64,000 nucleotides of DNA from a virus. Its lineage: Duplodnaviria > Caudoviricetes. The stretch covers positions 64,001 through 128,000 of the IMG/VR virus record IMGVR_UViG_3300030330_006619; one strand, written 5' to 3'. The notes beneath the pieces are model-generated. The model was not told the origin of the DNA and did no database searches. It saw only the letters and a list, made by a program, of their open reading frames with translations. Position numbers and translations under genes: made by a program. Below are positions 20,701 to 30,655 of this stretch, one piece after another (within the stretch, counting starts at the first letter, position 1; every line of letters begins with the position of its first letter).

Positions 20701-23700
20701 TATTTCTTTTGAGAAGAGCATGTACAGTGTGATAACAAAAGAAATAATTAACTTTTTGTCTGGCGTCAAGGCATTAAATAACTTAATAGGGGAACCGGCC
20801 GACAAGTATCGCCAAAGATATAAATCACTAGATCATATAAAAAGAGAGTTTTTTAGTTTTGTAGAAAATGATATTGAGTTCGAAAGATTTGTTAGATATT
20901 ACAAGTGGATTAACAAAGCAATTGGAAAATTTTTGGAACAGATAGTTCCAGCCTCTTCTTTCACAAACGCCGGCATCGAAGATGTAATAGAAAGCCACAT
21001 GCTAGAAAGGAACAAGTATGACCATAAGCTTCCAACACTAGAATATAAAGAACCAAAGTTAGTTGGCCAGCTTCTTGGCATAAATGAGCTTCTTTATGAT
21101 TGGGAACATGGCCATGTTCCGTTGAACACAGTTCCATATAGGAGACCAGCAAAATCTTTGAAATTTGATCAATCTGGCTCACCCTTAAGTTATGTCTTGG
21201 TGCCTGATAATGATGTTTTTACCATGCTTAATGGTAGTGACAATGCTCCGTTTACTATGGCAGCCTGGATTAGGCCCTCCAACCAGGACTCAACGCGCGT
21301 AATTTTAAGTAAATTTCATCACGATACTGATGCTACAGCCAATGAATGGGAGTTTTTCCTCAACGGCCGTAGGTTATTTTTTACGTTTCAGCATGGACCC
21401 ACTGGGAATCAATGGGCATTTAACAGTAGTGTCAACGTACTGTCGGATACTTTAAATACATGGCAACATGTGGCGGTTACTTTTGATAAAACAAGTGTTA
21501 AATTTTATGTAAATGGATCCTTAACTAACACGACAACAGGAACTAAAGATGCTGGATTTACAACGACAACAAACACACCAGCAGTTTTGTTAATAGGGCA
21601 AAAATTCACTGGATCGTCGATTGGTTTTCGAGGCCAAATGAGAGACGTAGTATATATAAAGCATGGCAACACAGAAAGCCCGTTCAATGACAGTCAGATA
21701 GCGGAACTTTACAATAATGGGCACTCCTGGGACTTGCAAGAACACAGCCGAGCGTCTGAGATAGATGCCTGGTGGCCATTAGGTGCGGAGGGCGACGTAG
21801 AAGATGAAACAATGAGAGACAACTCTGGTAATAACCATCATGGTACGCCTAGTTCTCCCACTTCCTTTGTTTTAGAGTCGGGCCTTTTGTATGAAACTCA
21901 GATTTTATCTGAGAAAAATAATTGTTTATGGTGGAAAGACCGGGCAATCCGAGGATCAGATAACACGCCGGTGCATTCGTCAGACTCAAATAGAGAAACA
22001 TTAAGAGTCGAAACCAATAGGGTGGTCTCTGGTTCTACCTATGTATTAAGAAAATTAGTTAGACCATATAAATATAGTGTCGACCGCCAGCACTATCTAA
22101 CAGTTGGCTCTAACCCATCAACAAATAAAATAAAGAATTTTTATAACATTGTAAATCACGGCCATGATATTGCTATATCTTCCAGTGGAACTCAGCAAAC
22201 TCGTATATGTAGTGATGATATACAACCTAATAAAAAAACTAGATTTGCCTACAAAGCAGACACTTCTAAAACATCAGGATATATGGATGGAGACATAGAT
22301 TTACTGATGCCATTTTCTTTGTATACTTCATCAGTTGATAATAATTTAAGCCTGTTTGCTAAAGGTATGGCACTAACAAACAATCACGATAAGTTTGGAG
22401 CACTCCAGGGGCCCTTTGTTTCAGAAATATTGGGAAGACACCCTCATCAAAATGTTAAGTTTGGCACCCCAAAGAATAATAGGCCTGAAGCTTACGATAT
22501 GGAAGTCACAAATAATTTGATCAAAATCTCAAAGCCAACAAACTCTGCTATATCTTACGTGAGACTAGGTCCCGGCGGTGCACCATTTTATAATATTAAG
22601 AATGTTAAGAATGTAAAAAGTGACAATCATTTTGATAGGGCCATTGGCAACTATAGAGATGAGTACGAAATAGTACAAATTCATGGAAGATCTCAAAATA
22701 ACAACTATTTGGTAGAAACTGAAGGAGCCCATTTTTCAAATGGTTTTCGAAAATCTAACTACATCGCAGATTTGATAGATCATCCTACTCCAAACTCTGG
22801 ATCGTTTAAGAGAGACAGGAGATCCCATGTCATCACAAATAGATTCAGCGCAATTGGTACTGCAGACTCTGCCGGAGCTTACGGCAAAGATAGAACATCA
22901 GAAGAATTTTCTGTTTACAACACGGTGAACTATAGAAATTCCACTGTAAGAGATGTCTATAATTTACTTTCATCAGAAAAATCAAAAAAATTTGGATACA
23001 GACCAGTTACTAGTGTTTCCGCTTCGCCACACAAAACCTACAGAAATGCACACGACAAGACAAATAGCCAAGGGGCAAAGTACGACAACTTTTTTGTCCA
23101 ACATCAGATTCCAAGAAACGACTTTGGGTATTCGTGGATCTCTGCATCTGCTTTTTGCAGTGTGGATGATTTTGTGAAAAGAAACGCGGGTAGAGGACAC
23201 CAGCATACCTTTGGCATTTCCGGCAGCACCGCGACAGGATTTCTAGAGTCTTCCCAGACAATAAATTTTTTAACGGCTAGCGTTCTTGGTCTTCGCAAGC
23301 AAACTAATACCCCTCTATTATTTGGTCTAGAACTTGGGTACTTGGATACTCTAACAAGTGATGCGGTCTTTATTGACTTTGCGGGACTAAATAGCATAAT
23401 TTTAGACCCAATAGATACGGAACAAAACACACTAGGGAACTCTTTTATCGAGGCCACTCGTGGAACAGGAACGAATGAGCTATACTTGGATATAAATTAC
23501 GTCAACAGCACACTGTCAAGAGAAAGGCACCCTTTTAATTCTTTTGCACAAAGCTCCGTCAAAGATAGAGATGTATCGAGAGCCCTAGTTTTAAATGGAA
23601 TTATCCTCAATAGACAGGGGCCTTACGGGTGGCCAACTTGGAAGCAGATAAGAGGAGATCAGCACCCAATAACAAGGGCCCATAGAAAAGATAATACCTT

Positions 23701-26700
23701 ATCTATATCTTTTAGGAATTCAAGGGCTTTTCCATCGCCACATCCAGGGACAAATTTTGACTATCAAAATACAATAGTGGATAATGAAACAAAAGCCAGC
23801 CCAAGAAGTGTGAAGAATTATAAAGAAATTATGGTTACTTCGAAGTTTAAGCCATTATCTGTGAGCTTTCATCCAACTGATGATGAGACAATGATAGAGT
23901 TTTTAGATCCTAATGCAGAAGTTCCGTTGCATATTCCGCAGGTGGATTTACAAAAAATGTGGTTTAATGATCAACATTTTCACAACTATATAAAACAAGA
24001 AAATAGAAGAACTGGGGAATCAGAGTCGCCAAGCTTTAATTATAGAATTGCCTTGCAAAACACCATTACGTCTTTTGCGAATAGTAAGCTTGTAGAGGAG
24101 ATAGATTACAAAGAGACTCCAATAACTCAAGCAGAAAACAACCAAAAACTGCTAAAGATACTCTCTAATAGTAATCCACTTTACATAAAAGAGATGAATT
24201 ATATAGAGACTGTGTACCCTAGGGAGATTAACACATATACAAAAAATGCTAGAATAAGACAAAATTATGATTTTTTTGGCTGGAAGTCAAGAAAAGATAT
24301 CATAGGTACAGATACAACACCTAGCTTGGCGGACTCACCAGATAGATCTGGTGAAAAATACCCATCATCTCATAGTAAGATCGGCCGCCAAAACTTTCCA
24401 AGAGATTTAATTCTATCTGGAAATATAAAATATTCAAATACCTTTTTGATTTCTAATTCACAATATGTCACTTTTAAGCCAGCCACCCCAAGAATAGAGG
24501 AGGTTGACTACAAAAAATGCTTTTTCAATAGCTACGATGTTATTGACATAAACTCAACAGGTTCAAGATCTAGTCTTGGTAATTGTGTTTATATAACAGC
24601 AAGCACTTGGGTACTAGACTCCAGAAAATCATTTGGACAGCCACCAATTAACATAAATAATTCATTCGCCGCGGGCGATTCCACTCTAAAAGGAGAGAAT
24701 TTCTTAGAGGCATTTCGTTCAAGAGGCCTCGATCGAGCCGCCAACGCGAATCCATTCGCTTCGGCACCATCGCCTGATATCGGCCGCGCACCTACCGAAT
24801 TGACGTTTTTGGTTGGGTACCCAGTACAAGGGATAAGAAGCGAAGGGTTATTGCAAAATGATTATAGTTTATGGCCACTAGGGTATAACGGCCTTAGGGG
24901 CATGCCGCCCTATTCACCAGTATATAATAGAAGAATACCACAGTTTGCTGATGGCTGGACTAATAGTAATGTCGTAGTTAACAGTAAATCAGGAGAATTT
25001 TTAGCAGGTGAGGCTCGCTGGTCTGCTGCAGATAATTTGGAAATAGGCCCGTTTTATGATACGTACGAAGAATTCGCAGAAGAAACCAGACTAGTTGGGC
25101 AAGACTATTCGCTAGTGCCAGAATTTACAATTAGTAAATTTATAGAAGATATATATAAGTCGGAAGATTACTTTGAGGCGGCCAAGAGGGATGACTTCTT
25201 ACAATTAACGGGGGCGCTGTATCATAGTTCCTCAGGGGAAATATCAATAGGAAGTCAGTTCTTCAAAACATATTCAAATAGCGATTTCATGAAGTACTTC
25301 AAGCCAGTAAAAGAGCAGTTAAGTGAAACCAATCCCGATATGGATGCTGGAAGATTAACTTTGAGATGTCAAGCGGTGAAGAGATTATTACCTTATAGGG
25401 GTTTTTATCCCGCTGAGAGAACTGTTCAGATAAACGAAATATTTTCTAGGAACTATTTGGCAACAGGAACATATTCAGAAAGTTACCGTAAAAATACGGA
25501 GATCAACAAACAACAAGCTAGAGATCTTTTGAAGCTGAGAATTGAGAATACAAAAGCGCTTTCAATGCGTCCACTTTTCGCGCCTGGTATTTTATACAAT
25601 TCAATAAAATCAGGAGTTGCAGTGGATTACCCTGTTATAAAAACAAGCTATGAAAGTCACCTAGAGAGTACTTTTGATGCAGCAAAGAAAGTTGCCCATG
25701 GTATTATAGGTGGTTTTGGTTTCATGGATACCGCCGGCGGAGAACTCGGCTACAGAGGCAGTGCTCTTAACAATACTAATGATACCGGTATTCCACGTTT
25801 GTATTTTTCTGACAACGAAGGACAAATAAACAGAGTAACATTTGATGATATGTTAAACCCAGAGCGTCTTTGGACTATGCCGATTCATGATTCTGAGCCA
25901 CACCCAAGCGCCTCTTTACTTTATGGCTCAAGTCAGCACCTGAAAGTTTTGGAAAGGCCTGCTTCGTTTGGGTCTTTAAATGTAGAAAAAACACAAACAA
26001 GGACATCGATGGTTTTTGGTAATACCCGAGCTGGGTTCCAAAGGTCGATGATGCCATATAAGAGTGCAATCCAAAATTTTACTTCGGAAACAGTTAAGTT
26101 TTTCTTAAGAGATGAATCTCTAACAACAATTTTGTCAGAGCCAAAAGAACCATTCTTACAATCTGGCGTCAACTATAAAATGCGCGTTTACCTAGTAAAC
26201 AATAGGACCACAATGTATGATAGGCATTCCGCATTTGGCCCACCAGTACACGAGGGGGACATTACTTATACCAGATATGAGTCTACTAAAGTCGGAGCTA
26301 CCACCGGTTTACATACTAACATAAGACTTACTTTTAAAACTGGGTCGACTGACTTTATAAATTACCTAACGGGAACAGCGCAATTACCTGCTGTTCACTT
26401 AACAGATAAAGACAACAACACCTTTACTTTTAAGTTTTTTAATAAAGATACATTCAGTCCAGACCCAACTCACACTAGCAACGTTAGGTATGTTCAGATG
26501 AACACCGGTGTCGCCCAAAAGAACGCTCTTCGCTTCGTCGCAGCGGCTACTGGTTCATCTATGTCTGCAACTTTTACATCTTCCGCCGAACTTACACCAC
26601 GTAATTTTGACGTGCACCATTCTGTTCAGATATCTTCATCTGGCGACCCTGCGGCCTTAACCAACGAAGCCATATCTTTCACTAACGGCGGTATAAGAGA

Positions 26701-29700
26701 AACTGTTTTTGCTTCAACTACAGATGTTAGCGCCAATAGAATATCTTCTAATGGGTCCTTGTCCTGGGCAGGTGGGTCTGGTACCGCAGGCACAGCTGAA
26801 TTTGAAGTGACCGGCGGAGGAAGCGGAGAAAATGGTATTAAAGGCCTAGAGAATGATTTGGCCAGTGAAACGTTGGACGACGACGATTTACCCGAGCTTA
26901 CAGTTGTTGATCCTGACGGTAGAACTATAAAAGTAAGACTTTATGCTAACAGCTCTACATCACTCTGTACTCATGGCGGCGGCCTCTGCCGCTCAGCCCC
27001 ATCAAACATCAGCGGTGTAGGCAACATGGATGGAACCAGTGGAAATGCAATTGGAATCGCTTATGTTGATATTTTAGACACTGACGGTAATTTTTTGTCC
27101 AGCGGTGATTTAAGAGATGACATTGTGACTGCAATCAACTCTGTACATACACCCTCAGCAGCATCAGGCGGTACTGGTTATTTCGGATTAACCATAAGCG
27201 CCTCTTCGGTTGCAAAGGTAGGTTTTCAGTTTAAGGTGATAAGTGCCGAAGGATCAGCAGATATAATTGGACAGAACGGTATGGTTTCTGGAGGAAACTT
27301 TACTAGCGGACATCCACTTTCTGGTACCTCTGTCGGAACCGACAACATCGTTGGCGCCATTGGTGCCGACCCTTTTGATAATGCCACAACAGGGACTCAA
27401 ACGTTAACAATAGATATTGCAACAAATGCAGCTACAAAAACTGTTCTTGATAGAGTTACATCTGAAAGCAACTTACCATCAATAGTGATTTCTGATGGCC
27501 GCGGCTCAAGCACTCCGGCCCATACATTTAAGTTTTACAGTTCTACTGGTATTTCGTCACCGTCTACAACGGATCCAAACACTAGTTTTGTTGCTGTTTC
27601 TGGTACCCCGGCCACGGATGCTGCTTCTTTTAGGACTGCCATTACCGATGTTGGAAGTGGGCTAAATGTAACAGCAGGAGGTTCAAGCTCACAGGTAATT
27701 GTAACTGATCAGGAAACGGGATCCGAGACCACGGTTACCACAAGTGATGGTGTTAATGATATTATAGTAGACCCTAGAACAACAATCTTGACATCTACAC
27801 CTTCTTGGACAACGGGCATCGCCTCAGATACAACTTTTGCATCGGCTGTTGCTAAGTCTTCAACATTTACAAAGCAAGACTCTCATGGATTCTTGCCTTT
27901 CGTGCCACCGTTTTTGGATCCAAATACTAGGCCTTATGTTGAACTTAGTTTTACTCCAACTCAAAATAGAACTTATACTATTCCAGAAATAATAGATTCG
28001 ATGACTGAAACTTACTATAATATTGATGCGCCAAGTAACGTCGATACTAAGTCTAATAATGTGCTGGTTAATAGGAACTATCATCATGCAATGTGCCTTT
28101 CCGCTAGTATAAATTTCAAGAAATATGTAAGGTTACAAGCTGATAACTATAGAGTGACCGATAATAGAGCCATAATACCAGATTCCAATACTGATAAAAT
28201 TAGATGGCTAATCCAACCAAAGTGGGAAACTCCAGTTTTGGACTTTACCAAGGTAGCCGTTGACGCTCTAAGGGTTCCAACTGGGTCCACTGTAAATGCC
28301 GGCGCCGTCGATAAAGTGTATGGATCCCCGTGGAAGAGAAGGTACCAGACAGATTATTACTCAGACGGTGCCCAAAATAGAACGGATATAAACTACTTCA
28401 CATCATCAACTGGTATGTGGCACCAAAGAGGCCAGATAATACCAGAAAACAGCGATAAAGGGTATCACTTGGTAGTTCAAGGTGGGATTCAAAACCTCAG
28501 CACCCGAGAGGGTGATTTGGCCCGAGAATGCGGCTTTGTTGATTCTAGTCGTTCGACCACCTCAGGTAAAGCTACTCAATCACCATTTGTATCAAAAAGA
28601 ATTGGAGTTTTATCAAAAGATAAGATAATCTCTGAGGCTGTTGTCGCGATACCGTATTATTTAACAGATGACTGCAAGATGCGCTTGTTTCCTTTGGATG
28701 GTGAAATGGTAGAAGAGGCATCCGCATATAACCTTTTTGAAAAAAACAATTACGAAGCAATTGTTATGAACTCTGACAATGAGCAAGACGCTAATATGGC
28801 AAAAAAGAGATATGAGGCTTGGTTTGATTCGCCAAGTCAGTTCGCAGTTCACAATGTTGCATATCAGCTAAGGATGATGGAAAAGTACATTTTGCCAATT
28901 CAATTTGATTTTAGAAATAATGATGACATACCAGAGCATGTTCAATACATTTTTCAATTTAAATCAAGATTAACTGAACAAGATCTGGCGGACATCTGGC
29001 AAAACCTGTACCCAACTAGCAAAGAAGGAATAGCTGTTTCTGGACATTCTGCGGTATCAGAGGACAAGGAAATCTCAGACGTAGAATACATTTCTGGATT
29101 TTTAAATACAAAAGACATTCCAGTACTCAATAATAGAAAGTCGAATTATGCCAATCCAAGAGAGTTTTTGGATAACGAAGTAAGGTGGCTCGTTTTTAAG
29201 GCGAAGTATAGATCTGAAAAATATTATGACAACCTTGTTGGCAGTTCTGTGTCAAAGCTTTCATCAGAAATTTTGGAAGTCGACGGCCATCGCCCAGAAC
29301 GAGGTGTAATGAAAGTAAACGAAGAAAGAAAATTTTTAACACAATTTGGATACAACTGGCCTTATGATTACTTTTCCTTGGTAGAGCTAATTAAATTAGA
29401 TAGCAAAGTGGATTTTTATTCTAATATTAACAGGGCGAAAATATTGAATCTTGGAAGCCTAAATCCTCAAGGTATCGCAAACCTTGGTGGTCTCACCCAG
29501 CCGGAGGAACTAGTTCCAGTTCTCACCACCGGTGTGGACGCCCCAGGATCTCAAATAACTTCTGAACTTATAGCAGATAGTTCAGTGTTTGGAGAATTGG
29601 TGAAAGACCAAGGAGTCACAGGTGGCACAACATTTAATGCAACAAACGCCCAAGTGAGAGCTGGAACAGAGCAAGTCTTTGTAAATGGAGTCCAGCAAAC

Positions 29701-29806
29701 TCTCGGCGCAGGTAAAGATTACACTATAAGTGGAAATAAGATAGTTTTTAACTATACTGTAAAAGATACAGATGTTGTCCGTATAAGCTATTTAAAGCAG
29801 GAGTAA
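17711..29806 (+). CDS. Giant (4031 aa) baseplate/tail protein with LamG (concanavalin-like) domains
   Basis: TVEFW...ADGKWHHYAI...LYIDG...LDDFRYW and FTMAAWI...WQHVAVT...FYVNG LamG motifs; Gly/Ser/Thr-rich repeats; C-terminal VFVNGVQQ..DYT module. Confidence 0.75.
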   Translation: MTDYKNYEGKKVNPDRDSLFKKKKVRVINEKNSKVSSNLERDSLLKTHDSYQKTFTPALKAKDPKTFSFYGSAERYYEDAAYRILGDYAFDGTQEEVIQWHTSSSPVTVAIAKQWWPRSKGSVSFNYSEILDFYAGPQMLSKDTPPTRLVNIKTGLEFNPSKGNTVEFWLNKKAFSTNTETIFDIGTHGDHVASHEKAQFKLQLSKTAGKPFLLTYLSGTTGATNLELGSSDVTKDTIADGKWHHYAIAVQQVGSNLNVELYIDGKHDVTQKTAAASMGSIDFYMGGAIGGGNNQTTGDLSASLDDFRYWVGRRNGREIGRFFDHRVYASDIRNEDPQSRLGLYYKFNEGETKKLSKDSKVLDYSGNNIIGEIKKYTTSTRLYQSAIDLSENSTNTEVGDLIIYDDNVQVMALRQELAKIGQEHDLNNQNTLAKFLPNWATDRHGDQSLNSSDDFAILMHLLATQFDEIKLKIDSIRRNTGILMENSEHDILSDTIRYQSSGSQFVDNNVLGCSTEDELDIIYPGNRIDFPMKKLEDLGFEVTVQPIVSAASVEEEVDQKTSDIRLLMSPQQVSNVILDNVYSAATHFIRKKGTIESANLTLAPFGIDKNLVSTNIYSNNSKLFLDNSKKEIDTLKVKSVFFGDNPDATLFLKSNDNNSRSFIEADSQETEYTFEGTFIFPEKSAELYTVLDSSIFGLHRVAGTNNNLNIATPDNASLQVSVVKDSKNSNDAKFVLSSTSGLFSAVETSVKKDVYESTSWNLALKISKDVDNKFIELGDPPFKVELVGHNYVLDYLKDSFHISASITNAQYNAFKGSHKTVFIGAHRTDITGSVLKKTDIKFVNFNAWNDSLEIEELQQRAMSPSYYGRINPSFGKDNFSNYNGSSAVESPNKMFKNRILSIESNDTVEISATNTVDFIDYSSGSYENRFSYGNQLGYSYDFSSVGFSSKTDNVVQREFLPYVKDIPLGNILSDDGVSVKQSELDRYLLSNQIETPIISFEKSMYSVITKEIINFLSGVKALNNLIGEPADKYRQRYKSLDHIKREFFSFVENDIEFERFVRYYKWINKAIGKFLEQIVPASSFTNAGIEDVIESHMLERNKYDHKLPTLEYKEPKLVGQLLGINELLYDWEHGHVPLNTVPYRRPAKSLKFDQSGSPLSYVLVPDNDVFTMLNGSDNAPFTMAAWIRPSNQDSTRVILSKFHHDTDATANEWEFFLNGRRLFFTFQHGPTGNQWAFNSSVNVLSDTLNTWQHVAVTFDKTSVKFYVNGSLTNTTTGTKDAGFTTTTNTPAVLLIGQKFTGSSIGFRGQMRDVVYIKHGNTESPFNDSQIAELYNNGHSWDLQEHSRASEIDAWWPLGAEGDVEDETMRDNSGNNHHGTPSSPTSFVLESGLLYETQILSEKNNCLWWKDRAIRGSDNTPVHSSDSNRETLRVETNRVVSGSTYVLRKLVRPYKYSVDRQHYLTVGSNPSTNKIKNFYNIVNHGHDIAISSSGTQQTRICSDDIQPNKKTRFAYKADTSKTSGYMDGDIDLLMPFSLYTSSVDNNLSLFAKGMALTNNHDKFGALQGPFVSEILGRHPHQNVKFGTPKNNRPEAYDMEVTNNLIKISKPTNSAISYVRLGPGGAPFYNIKNVKNVKSDNHFDRAIGNYRDEYEIVQIHGRSQNNNYLVETEGAHFSNGFRKSNYIADLIDHPTPNSGSFKRDRRSHVITNRFSAIGTADSAGAYGKDRTSEEFSVYNTVNYRNSTVRDVYNLLSSEKSKKFGYRPVTSVSASPHKTYRNAHDKTNSQGAKYDNFFVQHQIPRNDFGYSWISASAFCSVDDFVKRNAGRGHQHTFGISGSTATGFLESSQTINFLTASVLGLRKQTNTPLLFGLELGYLDTLTSDAVFIDFAGLNSIILDPIDTEQNTLGNSFIEATRGTGTNELYLDINYVNSTLSRERHPFNSFAQSSVKDRDVSRALVLNGIILNRQGPYGWPTWKQIRGDQHPITRAHRKDNTLSISFRNSRAFPSPHPGTNFDYQNTIVDNETKASPRSVKNYKEIMVTSKFKPLSVSFHPTDDETMIEFLDPNAEVPLHIPQVDLQKMWFNDQHFHNYIKQENRRTGESESPSFNYRIALQNTITSFANSKLVEEIDYKETPITQAENNQKLLKILSNSNPLYIKEMNYIETVYPREINTYTKNARIRQNYDFFGWKSRKDIIGTDTTPSLADSPDRSGEKYPSSHSKIGRQNFPRDLILSGNIKYSNTFLISNSQYVTFKPATPRIEEVDYKKCFFNSYDVIDINSTGSRSSLGNCVYITASTWVLDSRKSFGQPPININNSFAAGDSTLKGENFLEAFRSRGLDRAANANPFASAPSPDIGRAPTELTFLVGYPVQGIRSEGLLQNDYSLWPLGYNGLRGMPPYSPVYNRRIPQFADGWTNSNVVVNSKSGEFLAGEARWSAADNLEIGPFYDTYEEFAEETRLVGQDYSLVPEFTISKFIEDIYKSEDYFEAAKRDDFLQLTGALYHSSSGEISIGSQFFKTYSNSDFMKYFKPVKEQLSETNPDMDAGRLTLRCQAVKRLLPYRGFYPAERTVQINEIFSRNYLATGTYSESYRKNTEINKQQARDLLKLRIENTKALSMRPLFAPGILYNSIKSGVAVDYPVIKTSYESHLESTFDAAKKVAHGIIGGFGFMDTAGGELGYRGSALNNTNDTGIPRLYFSDNEGQINRVTFDDMLNPERLWTMPIHDSEPHPSASLLYGSSQHLKVLERPASFGSLNVEKTQTRTSMVFGNTRAGFQRSMMPYKSAIQNFTSETVKFFLRDESLTTILSEPKEPFLQSGVNYKMRVYLVNNRTTMYDRHSAFGPPVHEGDITYTRYESTKVGATTGLHTNIRLTFKTGSTDFINYLTGTAQLPAVHLTDKDNNTFTFKFFNKDTFSPDPTHTSNVRYVQMNTGVAQKNALRFVAAATGSSMSATFTSSAELTPRNFDVHHSVQISSSGDPAALTNEAISFTNGGIRETVFASTTDVSANRISSNGSLSWAGGSGTAGTAEFEVTGGGSGENGIKGLENDLASETLDDDDLPELTVVDPDGRTIKVRLYANSSTSLCTHGGGLCRSAPSNISGVGNMDGTSGNAIGIAYVDILDTDGNFLSSGDLRDDIVTAINSVHTPSAASGGTGYFGLTISASSVAKVGFQFKVISAEGSADIIGQNGMVSGGNFTSGHPLSGTSVGTDNIVGAIGADPFDNATTGTQTLTIDIATNAATKTVLDRVTSESNLPSIVISDGRGSSTPAHTFKFYSSTGISSPSTTDPNTSFVAVSGTPATDAASFRTAITDVGSGLNVTAGGSSSQVIVTDQETGSETTVTTSDGVNDIIVDPRTTILTSTPSWTTGIASDTTFASAVAKSSTFTKQDSHGFLPFVPPFLDPNTRPYVELSFTPTQNRTYTIPEIIDSMTETYYNIDAPSNVDTKSNNVLVNRNYHHAMCLSASINFKKYVRLQADNYRVTDNRAIIPDSNTDKIRWLIQPKWETPVLDFTKVAVDALRVPTGSTVNAGAVDKVYGSPWKRRYQTDYYSDGAQNRTDINYFTSSTGMWHQRGQIIPENSDKGYHLVVQGGIQNLSTREGDLARECGFVDSSRSTTSGKATQSPFVSKRIGVLSKDKIISEAVVAIPYYLTDDCKMRLFPLDGEMVEEASAYNLFEKNNYEAIVMNSDNEQDANMAKKRYEAWFDSPSQFAVHNVAYQLRMMEKYILPIQFDFRNNDDIPEHVQYIFQFKSRLTEQDLADIWQNLYPTSKEGIAVSGHSAVSEDKEISDVEYISGFLNTKDIPVLNNRKSNYANPREFLDNEVRWLVFKAKYRSEKYYDNLVGSSVSKLSSEILEVDGHRPERGVMKVNEERKFLTQFGYNWPYDYFSLVELIKLDSKVDFYSNINRAKILNLGSLNPQGIANLGGLTQPEELVPVLTTGVDAPGSQITSELIADSSVFGELVKDQGVTGGTTFNATNAQVRAGTEQVFVNGVQQTLGAGKDYTISGNKIVFNYTVKDTDVVRISYLKQE

Positions 29807-29812
29807 AAAAAT

Positions 29813-30655
29813 ATGACTTTTTTTAATAAAAAAGAAGACGTTATTGACATCAAACTAACACAGTTTGGTAAAGATTTATTAGCTAGAGGGTATTTTAAGC
29901 CTGTTTTTTATAGATTTTTTGATGATGATATATTGTATAACAAAGAATATGTAGGAGAAGATGAAGATCAAAACGACGTTGAAAAAAGAATTTTAGAACA
30001 AACAGTAAAATTAAAAACACAGCATCTAACATATCCAGTTCATGCAAAATATAAACTAGAAACTGAAAAAATTTATTCTGGAGAGTCAGAAGTCTTTAAA
30101 AGAATTGTAAAGAATGCAGACCCTTCAATGCAGGAAAGAATTCTGTTATATCCTTTACACGAGTATGATGTACAGTCTGAATCTGCCCCGGCATTCAATG
30201 TACGGTCGTTCGGTACGCCGTTTAAAGAGGGGGTAACCTTCTTGCATCTTACCGGCGCAGGGATTACTAAAAAAATACCACAGATAAATGTGAACCCAGA
30301 ATATAAAATAAGAAAAGATGAAAGGCTGAAGGGCACCAAAACTCTAGTAGACGAACAATCTTTTATTGATTTGATGTCAAAAGAAATAACTTTTTCGGAT
30401 AATACTAAAATCATAGTTGAATCCGATGATTTTATTATAGACATGGAAGAAGTAAATTCTTTTTTTGGGTTAGATAATTTTGAATTAGAAATATTTGAAG
30501 TCCTGGAAACCGACGGAAAAGATGACACTTTGGTTAAACTGACATCAAAAGAAGAAATAGATAAATATTTTGAAATTAAAACTGACGAAGACGTTGAAGA
30601 AGTGGAAGTTAAAACAGCAAGGCAAAGAAATTATTACAAGAGAGGTGAAGTCTAA
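29813..30655 (+). CDS. Tail/baseplate structural protein
   Basis: N-terminus (IDIKLTQFGKDLLARGYF...FFDDDILY) is paralogous to that of 37306..38343. Confidence 0.55.
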   Translation: MTFFNKKEDVIDIKLTQFGKDLLARGYFKPVFYRFFDDDILYNKEYVGEDEDQNDVEKRILEQTVKLKTQHLTYPVHAKYKLETEKIYSGESEVFKRIVKNADPSMQERILLYPLHEYDVQSESAPAFNVRSFGTPFKEGVTFLHLTGAGITKKIPQINVNPEYKIRKDERLKGTKTLVDEQSFIDLMSKEITFSDNTKIIVESDDFIIDMEEVNSFFGLDNFELEIFEVLETDGKDDTLVKLTSKEEIDKYFEIKTDEDVEEVEVKTARQRNYYKRGEV

